A DNA stretch of 64,000 nt from an uncultured Pseudomonadota bacterium (GTDB taxonomy: Bacteria; Myxococcota_A; Polyangia; Fen-1088). The stretch lies in contig CAWKBC010000029.1 of assembly GCA_963847705.1 (NCBI GenBank), positions 160,001 to 224,000 of the forward strand, written 5' to 3'. Below, in pieces: positions 1 through 13,028 of the stretch (position 1 is its first letter; every line of letters starts with the position of its first letter). Under the pieces are notes generated by a model that was not told the origin of the DNA, made no database searches, and saw only the letters and a program-made list of their open reading frames with translations. The position numbers and the translations under genes were made by a program.

Positions 1-1
1 C

Positions 2-985
2 GCCGCATCCGACGAGGCGGCCTCAGCGGCGAAGAAGAAGAAGTCGAAGGTGAAGATGGAGGAGACGCCCGCGGAGGCCGCGGCGCCGGCGATCCCCTCG
101 GGACGCGCCTGGCTCGACTTCGAGCTGGGGATCGGCGGCTACAACCGCAGCCTGACGTTCAACCAGAACCTCAGCCCCAGCCTGCTCTCCTACACGCTCG
201 GCGTGGGACCAATCGCGGTGGCGAACATCGTGATGTACCCGCTCGACCCGCTCTGGGGCGGCTTGCTCGGCAACATCGGCCTCGAGGCGGAGATCCAGCA
301 GGGATTCGGCATCTCCTCGACGCTGTCCAACGGCGGCCCCAGCTTCAAGGACGTGGTGCACGACTACGCGGGCGGCGGCCGCTACCGCTTCACGTTTGGC
401 GCCGAAAACGACTTCTACCTCTCGTTCACCGGCGGCGAGGACGCCTTCACGTTCACGGGGCGAAGCGGGACGAATATGCTCAACATCCCCGACACCATCT
501 ACCACTACGTTCGCCCCGGCCTCGGTGTCGACATGGCGATTGGCTCCGGACTCTCGCTCGCCTTGAGCGGCGGATACCGGGTGGTCCTCAACAACGCCGG
601 CCCGCAGTTCCTGCAATTCTTCCCCCATTCGACCGTGGCCGGCGCCGACGCCGAGCTCGTGGCCCGCTACGCGATCTCCGAGAGGTTCCAGGTGCGCGCG
701 GGCCTGGAGTGGCGCCGCTACTGGTTCGCCATGCATTCCCTGCCCAGCGACGTCAACAGCAACGGGGTCTTCATCGCGGGCGGCGCGGTCGATCAGTCGT
801 TCGCCTTCACGGCGCGCCTCGCGATCCTGATCGGCAGCAGCAACGTCCCCAAGGCCGAGGGGGGCGCCGGCGCCGAGGAGGCACCGCCGCCAGCGCCGCC
901 CCCCACCTCCAAGGGGCGCGGGAGCAAGTCCGACGAGGACTCGGGCGGCGACAGCGACGCGGGGACGGCTCCGTCCGTCGAGTAG
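2..985 (+). CDS. Putative outer-membrane beta-barrel protein, 5'-truncated by the window edge; paralogue of 2285-3904
   Basis: Frame is open from base 2. Alternating aromatic/Gly beta-strand pattern (WLDFELGIGGYNRSLTF, GLEWRRYWF). Near-identical blocks shared with 2285-3904. Pro/acidic tail. Confidence 0.7.
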   Translation, partial: AASDEAASAAKKKKSKVKMEETPAEAAAPAIPSGRAWLDFELGIGGYNRSLTFNQNLSPSLLSYTLGVGPIAVANIVMYPLDPLWGGLLGNIGLEAEIQQGFGISSTLSNGGPSFKDVVHDYAGGGRYRFTFGAENDFYLSFTGGEDAFTFTGRSGTNMLNIPDTIYHYVRPGLGVDMAIGSGLSLALSGGYRVVLNNAGPQFLQFFPHSTVAGADAELVARYAISERFQVRAGLEWRRYWFAMHSLPSDVNSNGVFIAGGAVDQSFAFTARLAILIGSSNVPKAEGGAGAEEAPPPAPPPTSKGRGSKSDEDSGGDSDAGTAPSVE

Positions 986-986
986 G

Positions 987-2198
<1,212 letters not shown>

Positions 2199-2284
2199 CC
2201 CCCCGTCGGGGGCGGGGCCACTCGCCCCTAGGGCACGCGGAGGCCGTGTGGCAACATCCCCCAACACCCTCGACGAAAGGCACC

Positions 2285-3904
2285 ATGGTCTCGTCCAGAA
2301 TCGAGCTTCGGAAGCAACCCGCTGGCGGAAGGGATCGGTTCGTGGGCCGCCCCCTGCCGGCGCTGGCGCGGGTTTCGTTGGTGGTCATCGGGCTTCTGCT
2401 CTCCTCGGCGGCCGCCCAGGCGGCGGGCCAGCGAATCGGCGTTCCCAAGTTCGAGGGGCCGCACGAGGCGCTGATCCGCAAGCAGGTGGTGCATCTGCTC
2501 AAGGCGCACGGCTACGAGCCGGTGGGCCCGCGTGCGATGGACTACGGGATGAGCAGCACCGGCGCCGACCTCGACTCCGACGAGGGTCTGAAGAAGGTGG
2601 CCAAGGAGCTGTCGCTGTCGGCCATCGTGACCGGCAAGGTCGGACCGAAGCGCGCCAAGCTCGTCGTCCACGACGGCGCCGAGGGGTCGGTCCTGGGCGA
2701 GGCCTCGTTCAGCGGCGCCAACCCGCACAAGCTGGCCAAAGAGGTGTCGCTGACGTTCTGGAAGAAGCTCGGCGCCGACGTCGGCCGCGGGCATGTCCCG
2801 TCCGGTGCCAAGAAGCCGTCGAAGACCGCGGCGCCCGAGGAAGAGGAGGAGGCCGAGAAGGGACAGGCGGGCGAAGAAGGTGAAGAGGGCGAAGCCGGGG
2901 GGTCCAAGCCCAAGGGCGCCTCGTCTGCCGCCGGGGAGGGAGCCTCCGAAGCGACGGCGCCCTCGCCCCACGAGAAGACGGAGGCGCCGCCCAAGGAGCC
3001 CTCGGCGCCGTCGGTCCCCTCGGGGCGCCCCTGGGCCGACCTGGAGCTCGGGATGGGCGGATTGAACCGCAGCCTGACCTTCAATCAGAGCACCACCCCG
3101 GGTCTGCTCTCCTTCAAGCTCGGCGCGGGACCGATCGCGGTCGCCAACGTGGTGGTCTACCCGTTCGATCCGCTGGTGGGCGGCCTGCTCGGCAACATCG
3201 GCCTCGAGGCGGAGATCCAGCAGGGCTTCGCCATCTCGTCGACGCAGACGAGCAACGGGACGTCGACCAAGTACGAGAGCGTCGTGCACGACTATGCGGG
3301 CGGCCTGCGCTACCGCTTCCCGTTTGCCGCCGCCGACGACGTCTACCTCTCGGCCACCGCCGGCGAGGACGCCTTCACCTTCACCGGGCGGAGCGCCACC
3401 AACGTCCTCGACAGCCCCGACACCATCTACCACTACGTTCGCCCCGGCCTGGGCGCCCATCTCGCCATCGCCGGCGGCTTCTCGGTCGCGCTGGGGGCGG
3501 GGTACCGCGACGTCTTCAACCACGCCGGCGCCCAGTTCCATTCGCCGGACTTCTTCCCACGCTCCAACGTGGCGGGCGCCGACGCCGAGGTCGAGGCCCG
3601 GTACGCGATCGCCCCCTGGTTCCAGGTGCGCGCCGGACTGGAATGGCGCCGCTACTGGTTCGCGCTCAACACGCAGCCCGGCGACACCTTCATCGCCGGG
3701 AGCGCGACCGACCAATCGTTCGCCTTCACCGGGCGCATCGCGTTCCTGCTCGGCGGCAGCAGCGTCCCCAAGGACGAGGCCGGCGGCGACGAGGAGGCCC
3801 CGCCGCCACCCCCGCCCAACCCCAAGGGGCGCGGGCACAAGCCGTCCGACGAGGAATCGGGCGACAGCGATTCCGAACGGACCACCCCCTCCTCGGACGA
3901 ATAG
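2285..3904 (+). CDS. Exported protein: signal peptide, N-terminal alpha/beta domain, Glu/Ala/Pro linker, C-terminal beta-barrel-like domain
   Basis: Hydrophobic signal ending AAAQA. C-terminal half aligns by eye with 2-985. Start uncertain (2246 or 2285). Confidence 0.7.
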   Translation: MVSSRIELRKQPAGGRDRFVGRPLPALARVSLVVIGLLLSSAAAQAAGQRIGVPKFEGPHEALIRKQVVHLLKAHGYEPVGPRAMDYGMSSTGADLDSDEGLKKVAKELSLSAIVTGKVGPKRAKLVVHDGAEGSVLGEASFSGANPHKLAKEVSLTFWKKLGADVGRGHVPSGAKKPSKTAAPEEEEEAEKGQAGEEGEEGEAGGSKPKGASSAAGEGASEATAPSPHEKTEAPPKEPSAPSVPSGRPWADLELGMGGLNRSLTFNQSTTPGLLSFKLGAGPIAVANVVVYPFDPLVGGLLGNIGLEAEIQQGFAISSTQTSNGTSTKYESVVHDYAGGLRYRFPFAAADDVYLSATAGEDAFTFTGRSATNVLDSPDTIYHYVRPGLGAHLAIAGGFSVALGAGYRDVFNHAGAQFHSPDFFPRSNVAGADAEVEARYAIAPWFQVRAGLEWRRYWFALNTQPGDTFIAGSATDQSFAFTGRIAFLLGGSSVPKDEAGGDEEAPPPPPPNPKGRGHKPSDEESGDSDSERTTPSSDE

Positions 3905-3928
3905 GGCGCCGGGCGCCGGCCTCGGGGA

Positions 3929-5071
3929 TCAGTCCCAGGTGGTGCGCATGGCGAAGCGCTCGATCGCGAAGGGCGCCAGGTCGATGGGGGCCTGGCCGGT
4001 GGCGATCAGATCGGCGATCGCCTGGGCGGTGATCGGGGCCAGCAGGATCCCGTTGCGGAAGTGGCCGGTGGCGAGGACCAGGCCGCGGACGCGGGTGGCG
4101 CCCAGGACCGGGAGGTGGTCCTCGGTGAAGGGGCGGAAGTTGGACCAGGTGGCGGTGACGGGCGCGTCGGCGAGCCCGGGGATGAGCGTGCGGGCCAGCG
4201 TCAGGATCGCGGCCAGGCCGCCGACGGTGACCTCCTTGCGAAAGCCGGCCATCTCCACGGTGCTGCCGGCCAGGACCGTTCCGTCGCGGCGCGGGACCAG
4301 GTAGCCCCCGGGCGCCGAGACGACGTGGCGAAACAGCGGCGGGCGGGTCTCGATCGACACCAGCTGGCCACGCGCCGGGCGGACGACGGTCGGCGGCACC
4401 CCTGCCCCCTCGACCAGCCCCGACCAGCTGCCGGCGGCGACCACCACCACCGCGGCCGGCAGCAGATCGCCGTCGAGCTCGACGCCGGTGACGGCCTCCT
4501 TGTCGACAAGCACGCGGCGCACGTAGCGTCCGGTGAGAAACCGCGCGCCGGCGCCGGCCGCCGCCTGCGAGAACGCCCGGGCCAGCTCGCGAGCGACCAC
4601 CTGGGCGTCGTCGGTGAAGGCCAGCGCCGCCCGCACCGCCGGACCGAGCGCCGGCTCGCGCGCGTGCGCCGCCTCGCCCGAAAGACTGTCGACGCGCAGC
4701 CCGCGCGCCAGCTGCCAGGCGCGCCGGGCCGAGAGCGCCGCCTCACCCGCCTCGTCGAAGGCCACGGCCAGGACGCCCGAGCGGTCGTAGCCGACGTCGA
4801 TGCCGGTCAGCTCACGCAGCTCCGCCGCCAGCGCCGGGTAGAGCGCCCGGCTCTTGAGCCCGAGCTCGAGCAGCGGCCCGGGCCCTTCGGCCTCCATCTG
4901 CGGGCCCAGGATGCCGGCCGCGGCGCTCGACGCCTCGGCGCCGGGGATGCCGCGCTCGATGACGGTCACGCCGAGGCCGCGCTGGCAGAGCCGCAGCGCG
5001 ATCGCCGAGCCCATGATGCCGCCGCCGATGATGGCGACGTCGCTGGCCACGCCGCCGGCTGTCTGGTTCAT
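3929..5071 (-). CDS. thiO: Glycine oxidase ThiO-like FAD-dependent oxidoreductase
   Basis: DVAIIGGGIMG FAD motif, ASSAAAGIL, GHFRNGILLAP. ATG at 5071 overlaps the apbE stop. Confidence 0.85.
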   Translation of the reverse strand: MNQTAGGVASDVAIIGGGIMGSAIALRLCQRGLGVTVIERGIPGAEASSAAAGILGPQMEAEGPGPLLELGLKSRALYPALAAELRELTGIDVGYDRSGVLAVAFDEAGEAALSARRAWQLARGLRVDSLSGEAAHAREPALGPAVRAALAFTDDAQVVARELARAFSQAAAGAGARFLTGRYVRRVLVDKEAVTGVELDGDLLPAAVVVVAAGSWSGLVEGAGVPPTVVRPARGQLVSIETRPPLFRHVVSAPGGYLVPRRDGTVLAGSTVEMAGFRKEVTVGGLAAILTLARTLIPGLADAPVTATWSNFRPFTEDHLPVLGATRVRGLVLATGHFRNGILLAPITAQAIADLIATGQAPIDLAPFAIERFAMRTTWD

Positions 5072-6123
5072 CAGATCCCGTCCGTGGGGGCGGCCGTGCG
5101 CTGCAGCTTCCCCTCGAGCGACTTGGAGATCCAGACCTTGTTCTGCGCGTCGACGATCAGCGTCGCGCAATCGGGATACGAATCGACCAGCTCCATCCCC
5201 TTCTTGGGGCCCAGGATGAAGACCGAATCGTCGAGCGCGTCGGCCAGGAATGCGCTGGGCGCGAAGATCGTCACCTCGCGCGAGGCGGTGGCCGGGTAGC
5301 CGGTCTTGGGATCGATGATGTGGTGGTAGCGGCGGCCGTTGAACACGAAGCCGCGCTCGTAGTCGCCTGCCGTCGAGAAGGCGTGGTCCTGGATCGGCAT
5401 GCGGGCAATGATGTCGCGGGGCCCCCCGCGCGGATCGCGCACGCCGACCATCCAGTTTGCGCTCCCCTTGCGGCCCGCGACGAAGAGATCGCCGCCCGCC
5501 TGCACCATGAAGTTCTCCAGGCCCGCGGCGCGCAGCACCGCCGAGCAGCGATCGACGGCGTACCCCTTGGCGATGCCCCCCAGGCCCATCCGCATGCCGA
5601 CCCGCCGCAGCTTGACCGTCCCGGCCTTGGCGTTCACCAGCACGTCGCGCCAGTTGATGAGCTTGCGGCGCTCGGCGATCTCCTCGGGCAGGGGGATCGA
5701 CTTGTCCATGTCCTCGTCGAACTTCCACAGGCCGTGCATCGCCGCGAAGGTGATGTCGAACGCCCCCTCCGAGCGGCGGGACATCTCGAGCGATTTTTCG
5801 ATCACCTCGAGCGTCTCGGGGCTGACCTTGACTGGCTTCTTCCCGGCCGCCTTGTTGACGCGGACGATGTCGCTCTCCGGCTCGCCCGGCCGCTCCCAGT
5901 CGGTCATCAGCTTTTCGACCCGCCGGATCTCGTCGTAGGCCGCCGCGAAGGCATGCTCGGCCCTGTCCGGGTCGGACGTGTACGCCGAGAACGTCACCTC
6001 CGTCCCCATCGCGGGGAACGTGCGGGCCACCACCCGCGGCGCGGGGACGGGCGGCGCAGCCTGCGCGACCAGCGCGCCCAGCGTCAAAAATGAAAGAGCT
6101 CCGGTCAACACGCGGCAGACCAT
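5071..6123 (-). CDS. apbE: FAD:protein FMN transferase
   Basis: AMGT, GAFDIT, LGGIAKGYAVD, STAGDYER, HHIIDPKTGYP. Confidence 0.93.
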   Translation of the reverse strand: MVCRVLTGALSFLTLGALVAQAAPPVPAPRVVARTFPAMGTEVTFSAYTSDPDRAEHAFAAAYDEIRRVEKLMTDWERPGEPESDIVRVNKAAGKKPVKVSPETLEVIEKSLEMSRRSEGAFDITFAAMHGLWKFDEDMDKSIPLPEEIAERRKLINWRDVLVNAKAGTVKLRRVGMRMGLGGIAKGYAVDRCSAVLRAAGLENFMVQAGGDLFVAGRKGSANWMVGVRDPRGGPRDIIARMPIQDHAFSTAGDYERGFVFNGRRYHHIIDPKTGYPATASREVTIFAPSAFLADALDDSVFILGPKKGMELVDSYPDCATLIVDAQNKVWISKSLEGKLQRTAAPTDGI

Positions 6124-6214
6124 AGCACCGCGTCGCCCAGAGGCGAGAGCGAGAGCGAGACGAGAGACAGAGGCGAGAGCGAGCCGCGCGCACGAGCCGC
6201 GGTCGCCCGCGCTG

Positions 6215-8266
<2,052 letters not shown>

Positions 8267-8331
8267 TTGGGGCGGCAGTCTAGCTGGAGCGCGCCGTCTG
8301 CGGTAGTGAAGATCCTGGTTACGATCAAAGC

Positions 8332-9340
8332 TTGGCGGTCGCCAGCGCGGCGGAGCGCGACCGCGGAGGCGCCCGGCAGGAACAGCGCGCGGAGGAGGAC
8401 GCGGAGGCGCCCGGCAGGAACAGCGCGCGGAGGAGGACGCGGAGGCGCCCGGCAGGAACAGCGCGCGGAGGAGGTCGCGGAGGCGCCCGGCAGGAACAGC
8501 GCGCGGAGGAGGTCGCGGCGCTGGCCGGTGAGAGAGCGATCTCCGACGCCGAGCTCGATGTCGAGCGGGAGCAACGCCGGCGAGAGCTCGGCGAGATCTT
8601 TCGGCGAGAGCGGGAGGCCACCGATCTCCGCCTCGCGCACGAGCGGGTCACGTCTGACGAGGCGGTGGCGGCGCGGGAAGCGTTCCTCGGGATGGTCAAC
8701 CATGATCTGCGAACCATGGTGGGGGGGATCGGCCTGAACCTGGCCCTCTTGGTGAGGGATGTCGTCGATGACGAGCGGGGACGGCGGATCGTCAAGCGCG
8801 TCGACGCCATCGAGCGCTTCACGGGGCGGATCAACCGCCTGGTCGACGACCTCCTCGACGTCGTCGGGATCCACGCGGGAAAGCTCTCCGTCGTTCGCGC
8901 GCCTCACGACGCGATCGCCGTCGTGCGCGACGCGATCGCCGACATGGCGCCCTCCGCGTCGGCGAAGGGATCGCCCTGTCGGCCGAATTGACGGGCCCTC
9001 CCTTGCTCGCCCGTTCGACCACGATTGCGTCCTCCAGGTTCTGGAGAACCTCATCGGAAATGCCGTGAAGCTCACGCCCGCCGGTGGCCGCGTCCTGGTC
9101 CGCGTCCCCTCCACCGAGCCGGAGGTGCGGCTCACGGTCGAGGACACCGGCCCGGGCGTCGCGGGCGACGTTCGCGGCATCTTCGAACCGTTCGCCCAGG
9201 GGACGAACATCTCCCGACGCGGGCTCGGGCTGGGACTCTACATTTCGAGGTGCATCGTCGAGGCCCACGGCGGCAAGCTCTGGGTCGACAAGACCTCCGG
9301 CGAGGGAAGCGCCTCCTGTTTCACCCTCCCCCGCGCCTGA
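8332..9340 (+). pseudogene. Sensor histidine kinase (HisKA + HATPase) disrupted by frameshifts
   Basis: H-box MVNHDLR in frame 8332-8991. N/G boxes (NLIGNAVK, EDTGPG, GLGLGLYI) in frame ending 9340. Apparent single-base deletions near 8969 and 9013. No clear start. Confidence 0.75.
8363..8514. repeat. 38-bp tandem repeat x4 (gcggaggcgcccggcaggaacagcgcgcggaggagg(a/t)c)
   Basis: Copies start at 8363, 8401, 8439 and 8477, inside the 5' part of the kinase. Confidence 0.95.
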
Positions 9341-9507
9341 GCGCGAGCCGTCGGCCGCGGGACGAGGCGCGAGGACAAGGCCGCCTCTCACGATTCGTCA
9401 CGTCTTGGCGATCCGTCGGCGACTCCTCGCGCCGTTGGGTTTCGAGCCGTTGGGCCTCGGGGCAGGCCGTTGGGCGCGCGCGGCTGTCCCCCGCAACATC
9501 CGCCTAA

Positions 9508-10206
9508 TCAAGTGGGGTGCGGTCGCGGAGCTGCGGCCGGCCGTTCCTCGACCCGCAACGACCCGCCGGCGCGCCGCCAGCCGACGCGCGCCATCCAGGT
9601 GGACGGCAGGGCCGTGGCCGGCGCCAGATCCGTGGGCTCCGGTCCTCGCTGCCACCCCGAAAAGTGTGGCCCGGAGCTCCGTGGGTCGATGCACGGGGGC
9701 GCACGCAGGTGCTTCCGGAAGTTGAGCAGCACGTACACCATGCTCGCCCGCGTCTGCCGCGGCGTCGTGAGCGGGCGGGCGTGGTACCGATCGCCAACCA
9801 CCCTCCCCCGGCGGCCGAGCGCGCGATTCACCGCCAGCGCCAGGCGGATCGCGAGGCCATGCATGCCGCCGCGGGTCCGGCGCGGCTCGTCTCCCTCGAC
9901 GATGAAGTGTCCGTGATCCTGCTGGATCGAGAAATGGACGATTCGAAAGCGATCGATCGAGGCGCGGGCGATGGCCCGCCGGAGCGCGCCGAACAGCCGG
10001 GGGGAGCGAAGCGACGGCAGCCCGGGCGTGGCCCGGATGGTGAGCTGCACCGGATACCGCGGGTCGATCTTGGGTCGCGTGACGTGCGGCATCGACGGTC
10101 GGCCGCGCGGCTTACGGCCGGCGCCTTTACGAGCCCCGCCCCACGTTCTCGCCGCCGGAATGGGCAGCCCCAGCTGTCGAGACCGTCCCGACTTGATTGC
10201 GCGCAT
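9508..10206 (-). CDS. REP-associated tyrosine transposase (RAYT)/IS200-like Y1 HUH transposase
   Basis: HFSIQQDHGHFIVE (HxH), DRYHAR, catalytic Tyr in YVLLN, N-terminal WGGARKGAGRKP. ATG at 10206. Confidence 0.85.
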   Translation of the reverse strand: MRAIKSGRSRQLGLPIPAARTWGGARKGAGRKPRGRPSMPHVTRPKIDPRYPVQLTIRATPGLPSLRSPRLFGALRRAIARASIDRFRIVHFSIQQDHGHFIVEGDEPRRTRGGMHGLAIRLALAVNRALGRRGRVVGDRYHARPLTTPRQTRASMVYVLLNFRKHLRAPPCIDPRSSGPHFSGWQRGPEPTDLAPATALPSTWMARVGWRRAGGSLRVEERPAAAPRPHPT

Positions 10207-10239
10207 GTTCTGTCTTCGGCGCGGGAGGCGCCGAGTTGC

Positions 10240-10346
10240 GCAGGGCGCGAAGGGTTCGCCGGGCGCGAAGGGTTGCGCCGGGCGCGAAGGGTTGCAGGGC
10301 GCGAAGGGTTCGCAGGGCGCGAAGGGTTCGCAGGGCGCGAAGGGTT
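10240..10346. repeat. ~18-bp tandem repeat x6 (gc(a/c)gggcgcgaagggtt(c))
   Basis: Directly visible upstream of the transposase start. Confidence 0.95.
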
Positions 10347-10360
10347 GATTCGGCGGATGT

Positions 10361-10520
10361 CGCTCCTGAAGTGACAATCGACTGGAATGGGAGCGTGGAA
10401 CGCTCGTGAAGTGACAATCGACCGGAATGGGAGCGCGCAACGCTCGTGAAGTGACAATCGACCGGAATGGGAGCGCGCAACGCTCGTGAAGTGGCAATCG
10501 ACCGAAAAGGGGGGCGCGGA
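10361..10520. repeat. 40-bp tandem repeat x4 (cgctcgtgaagtgacaatcgaccggaatgggagcgcgcaa)
   Basis: Copies at 10361, 10401, 10441 and 10481. Inner two identical, outer two degenerate. No spacers. Confidence 0.95.
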
Positions 10521-10585
10521 ACGCGAGTTCGGCACCGGCGATGTGACGAATCGTGAGAGGCAGCCTAAGGCAGGCCTAAGGCGGC

Positions 10586-11056
10586 CTAGGCGCCGCCGAG
10601 CGCCCGGACCAGCGTCGCCGCCCGCGCGCCGCTGGCCCGGAACGTCAGCTTCCGACCGCCGTCTGGCAGGATCTCGATCTCGATCGTCAGCCGCTCCGCC
10701 GGCGCGGCCTCCGGGAAGCGGTCGAGCCATTCGATCGCCACCGCGGCGCGATCGAAGGCGTCGGCCAGGCCCAGCTCGTCGAGCTCGCGCGGGTCGTTGA
10801 TGCGGTAGAGGTCGGCGTGGACCAGCGGGACGCGCCCCGGGTGCTCGTTGACCAGCGCGAAGGTGGGGCTGGCCACGTGCCGCTCGGCGGGAACCTCCAC
10901 CCCGCGCGCCACGCCCTGCACGAACGTCGTCTTGCCGGCGCCCAGCGGGCCGACCAGCGCCAGGACGTCGCCGGCCGCCAGCGCGCGCCCGAGCCGCTCG
11001 CCGATCGCCTGCAGATCGGCGGCGGTGGTCGCGGTGAGGGTCAGCGCCTGCGGCAT
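10586..11056 (-). CDS. tsaE: t6A tRNA-modification ATPase TsaE
   Basis: GPLGAGKTTFVQG, SPTFALVNE, HADLYR, IEW. Confidence 0.95.
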   Translation of the reverse strand: MPQALTLTATTAADLQAIGERLGRALAAGDVLALVGPLGAGKTTFVQGVARGVEVPAERHVASPTFALVNEHPGRVPLVHADLYRINDPRELDELGLADAFDRAAVAIEWLDRFPEAAPAERLTIEIEILPDGGRKLTFRASGARAATLVRALGGA

Positions 11057-11110
11057 CGCTCGTGGGCCGTCACACGTAGATGGTCAACACGTAGATGGTC
11101 AGATGATGGG

Positions 11111-12052
<942 letters not shown>

Positions 12053-12054
12053 GT

Positions 12055-12961
12055 TCAAATCTCTCTCCCGTGAAGTGCCCGCAGGCGTTGGCGTGCCTCG
12101 GGCGTGATCGCCTCCGGCGCGGTGAGAATGGCGTGAGCGGCGGCCCGGGCGCAACCGCAGTCCGCGGCAAACGAGGCGTGCGTCGGCAGCCGGCGCACGA
12201 TCTCCTTGGCGCCGGCGACGTTGGCCGCCAGCACCGCGACGACGCCCGCGGCGGTGACCGCCTCCTCCTCGGCGTGCCAGCAGTCGTAGTCGGTGACCAG
12301 CGCCAGCGAGGCGAAGCAGAGCTCCGCCTCGCGGCAGAGCTTCGCCTCGGTCACCGCGGTCATGCCGATGCAGATCCGCACCCCAGCTCCGGTGCAGCAG
12401 CGACTCGGCGCGGGTGGAGAACTGCGGCCCCTCCATGCAGACGTAGGTGCCGCCGCGGTGGAGGCGCTTGCCGTCCGCCGGTGCGCGGGAGGTGAGGCGC
12501 GCGGCAGCCGGCGCTTCGCGCACGCCCGTCTCGGCCGCGGCGGCCGCCACCGCGGCGCTGAACGCCGCGCAGGTCGGCTCGGCGAAGGAGACGTGGCCCA
12601 CCGCCCCGTCACCGAAGAAGGTGGAGGCCCGCCGGTAGGTCTTGTCGATGAACTGATCGGCCAGCACCAGGTCCCCCGGCGGCATCCCCTCGCGCAACGA
12701 CCCCACCGCCGAGACCGACAGCACCTGCGTCGCCCCCGCGGCCTTGAGCGCGAAGACATTCGCCCGGTAGTTGATCTCCGACGGTGAGAGGCGATGCCCC
12801 GCCCCGTGCCGCGGCAGGAACAGCAGCCGCGCCTCGCCGATCCGCCCGCTGCGGAGCGGCCCGGAGGGCGGCCCATAGGGCGTCGCGACCTCGACCGACC
12901 GTGCGTCGGAGAGACCGTCGATGTCGTAGAGCCCGCTGCCGCCGAGAACGCCGAGGATCAT
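12055..12961 (-). CDS. mtnP: 5'-methylthioadenosine phosphorylase (one apparent frameshift near 12372)
   Basis: GVLGGSGLY, PRHG.GH, NYRAN, MEGPQFSTRAES, then IGMT..EAKLCREAE, VTDYDCWH in a second frame. Confidence 0.9.
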
Positions 12962-13028
12962 GCTTCCGCTCAAGGAGTCGATGCTTCTAACACGCGCCCG
13001 CAAGCTGTGGGAGCATGTCAGGCGGCCC

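Larger units (their letters stand above)
9378..10566 (-). mobile_element. Putative element bounded by a 27-bp inverted repeat and carrying a HUH/Y1 transposase
   Basis: aggccgcctctcacgattcgtcacgtc (9378-9404) is the reverse complement, with 2 mismatches, of gatgtgacgaatcgtgagaggcagcct (10540-10566). Confidence 0.7.

Noticed and set aside
6139-6185. GA-rich low-complexity tract between apbE and tkt
   Set aside because: Simple gcgaga-type microsatellite with no further structure evident
10361-10520. CRISPR mini-array beside a nuclease
   Set aside because: Head-to-tail 40-mers with no spacers. The adjacent protein is a Y1 HUH enzyme, not Cas or TnpB.
11072-11101. 15-bp duplication acacgtagatggtca x2 between pfkB and tsaE
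   Set aside because: Real but only two copies, with no other occurrence seen. Probably local slippage.
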